NCBI GenBank assembly: GCA_029261995.1
Contig: JAJDAF010000061.1
Coordinates: 90,219-154,218, forward strand
Reading direction: 5' to 3'
DNA: 64,000 nt
Origin: Candidatus Zhuqueibacterota bacterium
GTDB lineage: Bacteria > Zhuqueibacterota > Zhuqueibacteria > Oceanimicrobiales > Oceanimicrobiaceae
Positions 38,583-47,344 of the stretch are shown here, piece after piece (the stretch's first letter is position 1; every line of letters starts with the position of its first letter). Under the pieces are notes generated by a model, which was given only the letters and a program-made list of their open reading frames with translations, made no database searches and was not told the DNA's origin. The position numbers and the translations under genes are program-made.

Positions 38583-39980
38583 TTGGCACCCCCATCTGAA
38601 CATACCAAAGATTTCTCAGTCGTATTGCGACTCTCCTCTTTTGCTGATCTTGATGGCCAGCTTGACGAGTCTCAGCCCGAAGAAGAAAGCGCCCCCGTCA
38701 TTCAAAGTTTCTTTCAAAATCGCTACGGTGATGGTGGAGGCAAACTACACGTTCAGCGCAAACAATCAAAAGTACGCCTGGTCTGGCATCAGTCTCGGTA
38801 CGAGCCGGAGGCTGAGCTAGCTCATCGGTCAGCGTTAGACTGTGCTAAGCAGAAGAATTTCAAGGACGCAATCAACCACTGGGTGAGAGCAATTTCCATA
38901 AACCCATCCGATCCAGACTACTATTTCAACCTAGGGATCGCCTTTTTTGAAAAGAAGAACTTCCAGGAGGCTGTAGAAAACCTGCAACATGCCATCACGT
39001 TGTGCCCCATCTATTACAAGGCGCACTTGATTTTAGGGACCGTTTACCTGAAGATCCGCAAGTTTGACAGGGCAGAGGAGTATCTTCGAGAAAGTCTGAT
39101 CTTCTATCCAAATCATCCTCTTGCCTATTTGAACCTTGGTGCCGTCTACAGCATTCTCAAACGGTATGATGAAGGCGTCTCTATGTTCCTAAGATGTATT
39201 GAACTCTCCGCGAACGAAGTCAGGGCCCACTTTGGCTTAGCGAAAATCTATTCCTTACGAGGGGAGTCGCAATCTGCAAACCGCTACTTTAAGAATGTCA
39301 TCGAAATAAACACAAGCCCAACACTTACAAATCACGCTAAGCGTGCCATTGTTGCGGTTGCCGGTCCAGAAGCGGGAAGCGGACCCACTTCAGAAGCCCC
39401 GGTCAATGTCCATGAAGGAAATGTTGAAAAGTACTACCAGCTCGGCTACGCTTCATTTCTCAATTCCGACTACGAAGCTGCCGCGAAAATGTACTCAGCC
39501 TATCTTAGTCTCAAAACAAATGATGATTTTGTATGGTATTCATTAAGCCAGGCCCTGCTAAGATCCGGTAAAGCCCCGCAAGCATGCGACGCGTTGGCCA
39601 AAGCCATTGGCATTAACGCCAGCAAGGGCTTGTACCGCAAGGAATTGGCAATCGCCTACTCCTACAGTAATCAAGACACAAATGCCATAGACTGCCTTAA
39701 GGAAGCTGAAAAACTCGGTAAAGTTGACAGCGCAATGTACGCTCTTTGGGGTAAACTTCTTCTGCAACAAGGCGACTCTGAGCACGCTATTGAGAAACTT
39801 GAAAAGGCTCTGAGTCTGGACACCAACAACTTGCTGGCGAGATACAATCTCGCTTTGGCAGCACTAAACGCTAATGATAGAGATCAGGCTCTTAGCTATC
39901 TGCACGACATCCTGCGCACTCCCGTTAAAAGCCCACTCAAAATGGAAGCAGAACAACTGCTCGCCAAGATATCCGGTTAA
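38583..39980 (+). CDS. Tetratricopeptide-repeat protein
   Basis: 465-aa ORF (TTG start in track; true start uncertain) with multiple canonical TPR units (e.g. AINHWVRAISINPSDPDYYFNLGIAFFEKKNFQEA). Confidence 0.65.
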   Translation: MAPPSEHTKDFSVVLRLSSFADLDGQLDESQPEEESAPVIQSFFQNRYGDGGGKLHVQRKQSKVRLVWHQSRYEPEAELAHRSALDCAKQKNFKDAINHWVRAISINPSDPDYYFNLGIAFFEKKNFQEAVENLQHAITLCPIYYKAHLILGTVYLKIRKFDRAEEYLRESLIFYPNHPLAYLNLGAVYSILKRYDEGVSMFLRCIELSANEVRAHFGLAKIYSLRGESQSANRYFKNVIEINTSPTLTNHAKRAIVAVAGPEAGSGPTSEAPVNVHEGNVEKYYQLGYASFLNSDYEAAAKMYSAYLSLKTNDDFVWYSLSQALLRSGKAPQACDALAKAIGINASKGLYRKELAIAYSYSNQDTNAIDCLKEAEKLGKVDSAMYALWGKLLLQQGDSEHAIEKLEKALSLDTNNLLARYNLALAALNANDRDQALSYLHDILRTPVKSPLKMEAEQLLAKISG

Positions 39981-40067
39981 AAATTTAAGCACCAGCGAAA
40001 AAGCAGAAGAAAGAAGCACAGGAAAAATTTCGTGTATAACATATATTATGTAAACTTATATATGTAA

Positions 40068-40087
40068 CACCTACTCTGATGTAGGTG
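40068..40087. terminator. Hairpin between the TPR gene and tRNA-Pro, possible terminator
   Basis: CACCTAC-tctgat-GTAGGTG inverted repeat followed on the plus strand by a T-rich tract (ATCTTTGTATTCT). Confidence 0.3.
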
Positions 40088-40116
40088 ATCTTTGTATTCT
40101 GCGGAATTTTACATGG

Positions 40117-40193
40117 TGGTCGGGGCGCCCGGATTCGAACCGGGGGCCTCCACGTCCCGAACGTGGCGCGCTAACCGGGCTGCGCTACGCCCC
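40117..40193 (-). tRNA. tRNA-Pro (anticodon CGG)
   Basis: 77-nt minus-strand cloverleaf read by eye: acceptor stem CGGGGCG/CGCCCCG, D-arm GCGC-AGCCCGGTTA-GCGC, anticodon arm CCACG-TTCGGGA-CGTGG, T-arm CCCGG-TTCGAAT-CCGGG, discriminator A and encoded CCA. Confidence 0.85.
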
Positions 40194-40208
40194 GAAATCT
40201 CAAACGAG

Positions 40209-40820
40209 CTAAATGAAAAATTTTATTAGCACGAAGCCTGCAATTAACAAAACTGCGAACAAAAAAGCAAGCAAATTGAAATATCTATCGATAAATTCCT
40301 TAATGGGTGCACCAAATCGCCAAATAAGTCCTGCCACAAGAAAAAACCGCGCTGCTCTCCCTATGGCTGATGCCAAAACAAATCCCCCGAAATTGAGGCC
40401 GAAAACGCCGCTTGACACCGTGAAAATCTTGTATGGAATGAACGTGAATCCAGCCGTAAAAACTATGAGAAATCCATGCAAATCGTAGAGAGCTTGCACG
40501 TCCGCAAATCTGTGTCTGGTAAAACCGGGTATGTATTGAAAGAAAAAATCTCCAGCCAAAGTCCAGAATTGATAGCCAATCAAATAGCCGAACATGCCCC
40601 CCGCAAGCGAACCAACGGAACAGATCGCCGCAAAATAGAATGCTCTCCTTCTGGCTGAGATGGCTAGCGCAATTAGCAAAATATCTGGGGGAATCGGAAA
40701 GAAAGATGATTCGGCAAATGCCAGCACGAATAAGGCAAGTGCCCCATATGGTGAGTTTGCCCATGAAAGCACCCAATCATACAACCGCCTGATGCGACTC
40801 GTATTTTCCTGCATAATCAC
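40209..40820 (-). CDS. DedA/YqaA family membrane protein
   Basis: 203-aa polytopic ORF with the family region FAESSFFPIPPDILLIALA; stop codon lies 15 nt upstream of the tRNA-Pro 5' end on the same strand. Confidence 0.65.
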   Translation of the reverse strand: MIMQENTSRIRRLYDWVLSWANSPYGALALFVLAFAESSFFPIPPDILLIALAISARRRAFYFAAICSVGSLAGGMFGYLIGYQFWTLAGDFFFQYIPGFTRHRFADVQALYDLHGFLIVFTAGFTFIPYKIFTVSSGVFGLNFGGFVLASAIGRAARFFLVAGLIWRFGAPIKEFIDRYFNLLAFLFAVLLIAGFVLIKFFI

Positions 40821-40846
40821 GCTTCCTTGCTGGTAAAGATTAATCT

Positions 40847-41572
40847 TTATTTGAGCTTACTTCCGTTGAGATAGACACGTATAAACCTAAGGATATCGAT
40901 TAACTGAATCGAGCTTGTTAACGTGTCGTCGTACACTGTCTCGACGGGCGCTGAACGAATTCGATGCATGCTTGGGCGCAATTTCAACAGCATTTCTGTC
41001 TCTAGGTCATAATGATTTGACCGCAACTCCATCCTATCAATCACCTCGCGCCGGAATGCCCTGAAACCGCATTGAGAGTCCGGTACTCTGTGCCCAGTTC
41101 GTCGCGACACCAAGGCAGATGTGATCGTGTTACTCAGAATCCTGTGTAAGGGCATACTCGCTGTGTCTCCCATTCGCGTACCCAGAACGACCTCGGCCTG
41201 ATTGACAAGCAACGGTTCCAGCAAACGATGTATGTCCTTCGGACGGTGCTGACCGTCAGCATCCATAGTCACAATGATGTCCGCACAAAATTTGATAGCG
41301 GCTCGGAATCCCTGTCGCAATGCGAATCCCTTTCCCCTGTTGGGACTGTGGCGCATACAGGATACACCCGAGGCATCCGTTTCGCGTACGACCTGTTCAG
41401 TCCCATCCATCGAACCATCATCAATCACGATGATTCGTGCATCCGGAAGTTCCTGACTCAATTCCAAGAGTAGCGAACCGATAGTTTTTGCGGCGTTATA
41501 CGCAGGGATGACAACGCAAACGGCGCCATCTTCAATCATATTAATTACAAGAAAGGTAGGCGGAAGAAACAC
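40847..41572 (-). CDS. Family 2 glycosyltransferase, polyprenol-phosphate sugar synthase-like
   Basis: 241-aa ORF (alternative start at M12, 41539); GT2 motifs VIPAYNA, DDGSMDGT, DADGQH, CGFRAF. Confidence 0.75.
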   Translation of the reverse strand: MFLPPTFLVINMIEDGAVCVVIPAYNAAKTIGSLLLELSQELPDARIIVIDDGSMDGTEQVVRETDASGVSCMRHSPNRGKGFALRQGFRAAIKFCADIIVTMDADGQHRPKDIHRLLEPLLVNQAEVVLGTRMGDTASMPLHRILSNTITSALVSRRTGHRVPDSQCGFRAFRREVIDRMELRSNHYDLETEMLLKLRPSMHRIRSAPVETVYDDTLTSSIQLIDILRFIRVYLNGSKLK

Positions 41573-41892
41573 CGTCTACCTTTGCTAGAGTGATTACTCC
41601 TCGGAGCTATGAATCTGAAACGGATGCCATAATTCCCATCAGGACAACAAGAAGCTTTACGCAAGATGCATCAATTTCTCACCGAATGTCGAAGGTAGCA
41701 GATGAAATCGACTCGGCAGACATATGGCACGATGAACTTACGGAAAAGCCTATTCTAAGACAAGTTTTTTTACCGACACTTTGAATATCTCAATTACGCA
41801 CGGCTCCCTCCTACCCTCGACTCCACAAATCTTGATCTTTCCGCCCGCAACATACCATGACCACAAGTCAAGACATAAAATAAGCGCAACCC

Positions 41893-44271
41893 TCAGTCCT
41901 GGGTCGCCTTGACACCTGTCGGAGCAAGCGGAGAAACGGTGTCCTCGCGCAGAACAATGTGATCTCCGCTCCGGACAAATGACGCAGGCCGACCATTAAC
42001 AAACAACCTCGAAGTCGCCGGAGCATAGAGACGCACAGGCGTTGTCACCTCGCCGTAGAGTGAAGCGTCATCGGCTTCGAAAACAGCCTCTAACCACTGT
42101 CCGGGACTCAGATTGGCTACCAAATCTCTGTTGTTCTCAGCGTCAGTCAAAGATGTCCCTCCGAAAACAAACAATTGTTGTACAGAAGACCCGGCGAGCC
42201 TGACAACCGAAACCCGTCCATCAAAAATGTAGCTGCCGACTGTGGTCAGAGTGCCAGGTTGGCCGTCGTTGAAGATAATATCATCTGTAGTGCTTTGATT
42301 GCGAGAGTCATCCAGGCGCATTACTATGGCCATCTCGTTCTCAGCAAGCATCTCGATGTTCGGTCTAGTGCTCCAGGAAGCATCCGTGGCGGGATAGAGT
42401 ACGTTGACCAATCGCGTGTCTCCACTCCCGGAGGAGGAGTTGATGTGCACATAGGGCCGCTTGTCTTCGCCTAGCCTTGCGGTTGCGCCATCAGGAGCGA
42501 GCATACCAACCCCCAAGACCTGACTATTACCCGAATGGCCCTTGACCCACCCACTCTCAACAGATATCGGTCCGTCGAAATGGCAAACCCAGGAGTAGTC
42601 GTGAGCAACATCTGCTCGCAGTTCGTCGACGACTACGAAATAAGCAGGACGAACAAAGATCACCTGACGAGAAACCCTCTCAATTCCCTCAATTTGTTTG
42701 TATCTGCCAGTCGCATCAGCCTCGACATAGTCAAAACCAGGAGCATTCGCCGTCTTGGTGATGAACCCGTCACTGCCTGGAAAATCAGTCGGGTCTCGCC
42801 AACGACCTTCGGGGCGAAACTGACCTTGGCCATCGATCAGCAAGGTATTGTGAAATGCCGTTGCTATTCGGCCACTGCCCTGGCTTTCTGGCGCCAGCCA
42901 CTGGCCGGCGCGATATAGATAGAAGCCATTGGTATCATCGTGGTCGTGGCCGATATTTAGCTGACATCCGCTATCGCTGCACGGGCTCTCCCAGGGATAG
43001 GTTTCATTGACAAAGGAGTCAAACGCAAATCGTCCACCGTGAGCGCCGCTTTTCAACCCGAAAACCAGTGCTTCAGAATCCCAGCCTGTCCGCCAAATCA
43101 CGGCGTCTATGTCTGGAAACCATGCGGATGTCTCCAGGTCATCTGGCGATTTCGGCTGGACGGACGCGTCGAAATAAAGGAATTCAAAGACGAACCAGGG
43201 TGCAGACCAGATGTTTGCCCTCCTGGTATCAGCCTCGGCGAGTCGCCTCGCCATCCACTGTGCATAGCCGTCGTTGTATTCTCTGGCAGCGAACCGCAAG
43301 ATGTTTTGCGGCTGATAACCGTTTCCCCAGCTGGCCCTGACATCGCCATAGCCAAGAATGTTCTCGATGCTGTTCGGCAGGTGGTTGTAGATGCGCCAGG
43401 CTGGGAAATTACGTAGATATCCGTGCGGTATGAGATCGGTGCCCTTGAGCCGTCTCAGATTCACCCAGAAAGGCAAGGCCAAAGTCAGCCCGTAACTTTG
43501 ATAGTGAATGCCTTCATGCCAGCTTCCGTCCCCAATGCCGGTCAAGAAATCCTGAACGAGCGACATCCGGTCAGCCGCCTGCTCGACCCACATCTCAGCG
43601 CGGGCATCTTCTCCCAACAAGGCGAGCCCCGCCATCCCCAGTGCGCAGTTGTTTGTCCAATAATGGTTCTGCAAATAGGAATTGCGCCACCAGTTTCCCC
43701 AGGCAAGCTCTCTCGGTCCTGAACTAGCCTCGTACATTTCCTGGGCACGAGATGCCAGACTTGACCGCACAATGTTCCGTTCCGAAGGAGATAGGTTCTC
43801 ATGGAGCCAATCGTATGCGAGCGCACTTGCGAGAAGCAGGTGCGCGTGCCCAAGATCACGGTAGCCGTTTTCGTCCCACTGCTCCCATGAAGCATAAGCG
43901 AGCAGGTATTTTTTTACGAGGCTGCGATGCTCCGGACGGCCGGTGATGACCGCAGTCAGGGCAAAGGGAATGAGCATGTTGCCAAAGTTGCGATAAGTTG
44001 TGAGGGTCCCGTCGGTGGGTGAGTCCGGCGGTGGATTGGAAACCAGTTGGGCATCGGTATAATCCCGAATTGGCTGCCAGATCTCGCTATGGGTTGTCGC
44101 GGCCCGGGCTCTGATGTGCTCGATCTCACCAGCATCGAAGAACAACCTTGGATGGTCCAAATTAGAAGACTGGGCAATCGCGTACCCACTCGGCCCACCT
44201 GCGAGGATAGCGAGCAGAGCCAACCGAGCTGGCAGCGAACCTACCCTCTGCCGTCCTTGGGGGAATAGCAT
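41893..44271 (-). CDS. Secreted heparinase II/III family protein (polysaccharide lyase-like)
   Basis: 792-aa ORF with signal peptide; helical N-terminal half and C-terminal GHDHDD-containing block (NIGHDHDDTNGFYLY), the GHxHxD signature of the heparinase II/III fold. Confidence 0.65.
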   Translation of the reverse strand: MLFPQGRQRVGSLPARLALLAILAGGPSGYAIAQSSNLDHPRLFFDAGEIEHIRARAATTHSEIWQPIRDYTDAQLVSNPPPDSPTDGTLTTYRNFGNMLIPFALTAVITGRPEHRSLVKKYLLAYASWEQWDENGYRDLGHAHLLLASALAYDWLHENLSPSERNIVRSSLASRAQEMYEASSGPRELAWGNWWRNSYLQNHYWTNNCALGMAGLALLGEDARAEMWVEQAADRMSLVQDFLTGIGDGSWHEGIHYQSYGLTLALPFWVNLRRLKGTDLIPHGYLRNFPAWRIYNHLPNSIENILGYGDVRASWGNGYQPQNILRFAAREYNDGYAQWMARRLAEADTRRANIWSAPWFVFEFLYFDASVQPKSPDDLETSAWFPDIDAVIWRTGWDSEALVFGLKSGAHGGRFAFDSFVNETYPWESPCSDSGCQLNIGHDHDDTNGFYLYRAGQWLAPESQGSGRIATAFHNTLLIDGQGQFRPEGRWRDPTDFPGSDGFITKTANAPGFDYVEADATGRYKQIEGIERVSRQVIFVRPAYFVVVDELRADVAHDYSWVCHFDGPISVESGWVKGHSGNSQVLGVGMLAPDGATARLGEDKRPYVHINSSSGSGDTRLVNVLYPATDASWSTRPNIEMLAENEMAIVMRLDDSRNQSTTDDIIFNDGQPGTLTTVGSYIFDGRVSVVRLAGSSVQQLFVFGGTSLTDAENNRDLVANLSPGQWLEAVFEADDASLYGEVTTPVRLYAPATSRLFVNGRPASFVRSGDHIVLREDTVSPLAPTGVKATQD

Positions 44272-44419
44272 TGCATGTCTCCAGGCCCCGATTGATTTTT
44301 CCCTACGGCTTAGAACCCTAGAATTCTGCTAGAAGCAGAGCGCCGCGTGATCTTAAGAAATCCCGAAATAACCTGCAAGCTATTTTCGAAGCCGCGACTG
44401 AGTTTGGCAAGAAGAAGAT

Positions 44420-45487
44420 CTAAACAAAAAAGCGATACAGGACTTCTCCAGCTCTCTCGGTTACTGCGTCCGGTACCGACTCATCGGTGAAGAGGTCTGT
44501 TAACTTGGGCAGAAGCGAGTCAATCTGAGGCGTGGACTTGTTGGCTGCGCCATTGCCGTGAGTTAGAAATGAGATGGTTTTTTCGTCAGTAGCATACTTG
44601 CGTTTGTAGCGCACCAGCCCCTCTTGCTCCCAGTCGCTCAGCCCCAGATCCAGGTAATTGATGCCCCTATCGAGAGCATACTTGATCCCCTCCCACAAGA
44701 CAAGATCATTGGGACGACAGGCAACCAATTCTGGATTAGAAGCATTGAACTTGTAGTAAAGTTTCTGGCGCCATTCCAGGAACAACGCTCCGCCGACGAG
44801 TTCGCCCTGGTAGCGGGCAAGCATCAGGAAACCGTCACCCTTGGCAATGAACTGGTCCCAAATATTCTCCAGAAACTTGTACGGTTGCGCCAGGAGTTGA
44901 TACTTGTATTTCCTAATCTGAAGATGAAGTTCAAAAAAGCTGCGAAGCTCCTCTTTGCTGTCCGCGACCGAAATCTGAACTCCACACCGTTTGGCTTTGC
45001 GAATGGCACGTCGAGCAGATGCGTCCAACCCGACCCAAATCATCGCATCATCGCCGGTTATCTCGATTCCATGCCAGCGGGCCTTGTTCACCAGACTCAA
45101 TCGCGGGTCATCAAGGATGACATTATTGTGCAGACACCGAGTTTTGTAGGTCGTGCCATGCCTGAACAAGGCAGCGGTCAGAGCCTGCCATTGGTCTAAA
45201 TCATCAACCAGCGGATCACAGTAGTCCGAGAACGGCAACGTCACCGCCCGAGGCGTACGGATGTCGGTGATGTTGCAATACGGCAAGCCTGCTACTGGTT
45301 CGCCAAACTCATCGAGTAGAAGATATGCCCGTGTATCGAAACCATAGGTGTTGGCGAGTACCGTCATCCAGCCCGGCGAGTGAAATACATCGCTCTCCTT
45401 ACAGTTGACCAGGCGCTGCCACAATGGATCGACTCGCGGATCAATCGCTATGATTTTCATCTTATCGCCTCTTATACGATTTGTCAA
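44420..45487 (-). CDS. FemAB-like / GNAT-fold acyl- or aminoacyl-transferase (Acetyltransf_6-like)
   Basis: 355-aa ORF (probable start M10 at 45460); N-terminal FHSPGW motif and overall pattern typical of FemAB-related transferases found in polysaccharide loci. Confidence 0.6.
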   Translation of the reverse strand: MTNRIRGDKMKIIAIDPRVDPLWQRLVNCKESDVFHSPGWMTVLANTYGFDTRAYLLLDEFGEPVAGLPYCNITDIRTPRAVTLPFSDYCDPLVDDLDQWQALTAALFRHGTTYKTRCLHNNVILDDPRLSLVNKARWHGIEITGDDAMIWVGLDASARRAIRKAKRCGVQISVADSKEELRSFFELHLQIRKYKYQLLAQPYKFLENIWDQFIAKGDGFLMLARYQGELVGGALFLEWRQKLYYKFNASNPELVACRPNDLVLWEGIKYALDRGINYLDLGLSDWEQEGLVRYKRKYATDEKTISFLTHGNGAANKSTPQIDSLLPKLTDLFTDESVPDAVTERAGEVLYRFFV

Positions 45488-46205
45488 GCTTCAGAATATG
45501 TTCGACTACCTCGGAAAGAACATGGTCTATTGGCTGGGTGACATCGACACGCCGAAAATTGGCAACCTTCTCTCCGCGTCTGAGAAATGCTTGCCGCCTC
45601 CGTCCCAAATACTCGAGCGTTGCTTCGCCCTTTCGGCCATAAAGAATTTCGGGTGGAGCATCCAGCAGAATCGTCAGGTCTGGTTTCGGATAAGCGTTCT
45701 CGAACAGCCAATTCTGAAAACGATCTGTCAGTCTGCCGGCCTTGGTCGATGGAGCAAAGTCGAACAGCCCGTGACGGTCGTACAGTACATTGTACCCTCT
45801 CACCTGAAACAGCCACGAAATAATCTGACGGTACCAGGCATCTGCAAGGCGATTCGCCAGTCGTGCTGTTGCTCCTACCCTTCCACGTTTGTCAGGACCA
45901 TGGTGCAAATCATGATTGCTTATGGCTTTCGATTGACCACTGCCCGGGCTCTCGCTTTCCCTTTTGTGAGCCAGGACCTTGAGAAAGAAGGCCAGGCGTG
46001 ACGTCGGTAGAGCAAAATTACTGGATTGCACGTTTGTGCCCATGTACAAGTATTTAAGAGGAACCGGCGCCAATGCCACTAATTTGTTGGCTATCGTCGT
46101 CTTGCCAGCGCCGTCCGCACCAATCAATGCGACTGTGAATGTCTTCAACTTCTCTCCCTTTCCGATGTTTGAAAAGACATTTCGACTTGCGCCCCAGGCC
46201 GGCAA
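45462..46205 (-). CDS. P-loop kinase-like protein (thymidylate-kinase-like fold)
   Basis: 247-aa ORF; Walker A IGADGAGKTT near the N-terminus and a DLTILLDAPPEILYGRKGE block resembling the TMK-like lid region; substrate unknown. Confidence 0.5.
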   Translation of the reverse strand: MPAWGASRNVFSNIGKGEKLKTFTVALIGADGAGKTTIANKLVALAPVPLKYLYMGTNVQSSNFALPTSRLAFFLKVLAHKRESESPGSGQSKAISNHDLHHGPDKRGRVGATARLANRLADAWYRQIISWLFQVRGYNVLYDRHGLFDFAPSTKAGRLTDRFQNWLFENAYPKPDLTILLDAPPEILYGRKGEATLEYLGRRRQAFLRRGEKVANFRRVDVTQPIDHVLSEVVEHILKLDKSYKRR

Positions 46206-47305
46206 TGAGGCGCAAGTTTGCTGAATAGACGTTCCAGTGGCACAGGATAGGGTTGTGAGATTTGGTAGATGTCCTTGCCTTCAAGCGCAGATTCCAGCAA
46301 TCCTTTCTGTACTGATGGCAGCTCTTCAAGAAAAAGGTTCTTTGCCCCCGGGAAAGCAAACCGGAAGGCCTTATAATACTCAAGCAGGTGCAGCATTTCA
46401 AACTCATTTGTGGCGACTGCTCGCTCGACGGTTTCATTCAGGTCGCCATCCTGGACATGGATTTCGGTCTCACTGTGTCGAACAACCATAAAGACCTTAT
46501 GTAGAGTTGCCGTGGACAGACATCGGCTTTTCGTGAACAGAACATGCGGTGCAACCTTGATTTTGAGCTGCCGTTCAATCGCTGGTAAGGCCCTCATCAG
46601 CGAGATGAGCCACAATGAAGTCCGCAATGAAGTCGATGTCAGCCTACGGCCAATCGCCCCGAGCAGATGAATTCCCTTGAACAGAATTCTCCTGTGTAAG
46701 CTTAGCCTTGGAATCTGGGATAAGTACTTGAACTGCCACTCTGAAATCTCCACCGGCTTCGGCATTGCCAGTATTTTTTCGCCATCAGCCGACAGCACCA
46801 CCCATTCATCGCCAACGAATTGCGCGCCATGGTTCATGAAGGACAACAGAGTTCCTGTTTTGCCGGCCTTGGCCCACGCCAACACCATCACCCCGAAGCC
46901 ATCATAGACAAAAGCTGATGCATGAAGAGGAACAAAGCCTTTTCTAAGAAAAGTCAGTCTGATGATATCGAATAGCAAGGGAATGCCATCTCCTCGGGTA
47001 CTGACGATCTCACACCGTTCCCCAATCGTCTCGAATGGAATGCAGGCCTTGGGCTTTCCAGTATGGCGGCACAGGAGGTAAAAACCGTCCTTCGTAAACC
47101 CAACCCAGTTCTGGCCAAGGTAAGCCATGCCAGCGTTCGGCAATTCGTCCACGAACCGCACGATTATATCAGGTTCGCCGGCTGGTTCGGTCGCGCTGGC
47201 CCCTGACCGCATGCTGAATGCATCGGAGTCCTCTTTCCCTGGCTTGACGAGGCGAACGCGGACGACACCGTGGATGTCGTAGTCAACAATCAGGACGCCC
47301 TCCAT
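46145..47305 (-). CDS. HPr kinase C-terminal-domain-like protein (HprK-related kinase)
   Basis: 386-aa ORF; core LHASAFVYDGFGVMVLAWAKAGKTGTLLSFMNHGAQFVGDEWVVL matches the HprK C-domain pattern (H-x-S/A, P-loop GK[ST], h-G-x-x-LV-[AG]-DD). No PTS genes nearby. Confidence 0.55.
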   Translation of the reverse strand: MEGVLIVDYDIHGVVRVRLVKPGKEDSDAFSMRSGASATEPAGEPDIIVRFVDELPNAGMAYLGQNWVGFTKDGFYLLCRHTGKPKACIPFETIGERCEIVSTRGDGIPLLFDIIRLTFLRKGFVPLHASAFVYDGFGVMVLAWAKAGKTGTLLSFMNHGAQFVGDEWVVLSADGEKILAMPKPVEISEWQFKYLSQIPRLSLHRRILFKGIHLLGAIGRRLTSTSLRTSLWLISLMRALPAIERQLKIKVAPHVLFTKSRCLSTATLHKVFMVVRHSETEIHVQDGDLNETVERAVATNEFEMLHLLEYYKAFRFAFPGAKNLFLEELPSVQKGLLESALEGKDIYQISQPYPVPLERLFSKLAPHCRPGAQVEMSFQTSERERS

Positions 47306-47344
47306 TGGCCAACGCCGTCTTGGCTGCTCTTCTGGCTATTGATT

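Noticed and set aside
40117-40193. tRNA-Pro as the integration site of a genomic island carrying the polysaccharide locus
   Set aside because: The tRNA 3' end points away from the polysaccharide locus, and no integrase, direct repeat of the tRNA 3' end or mobility gene was seen; xerD at 32394 looks like the chromosomal dimer-resolution recombinase.
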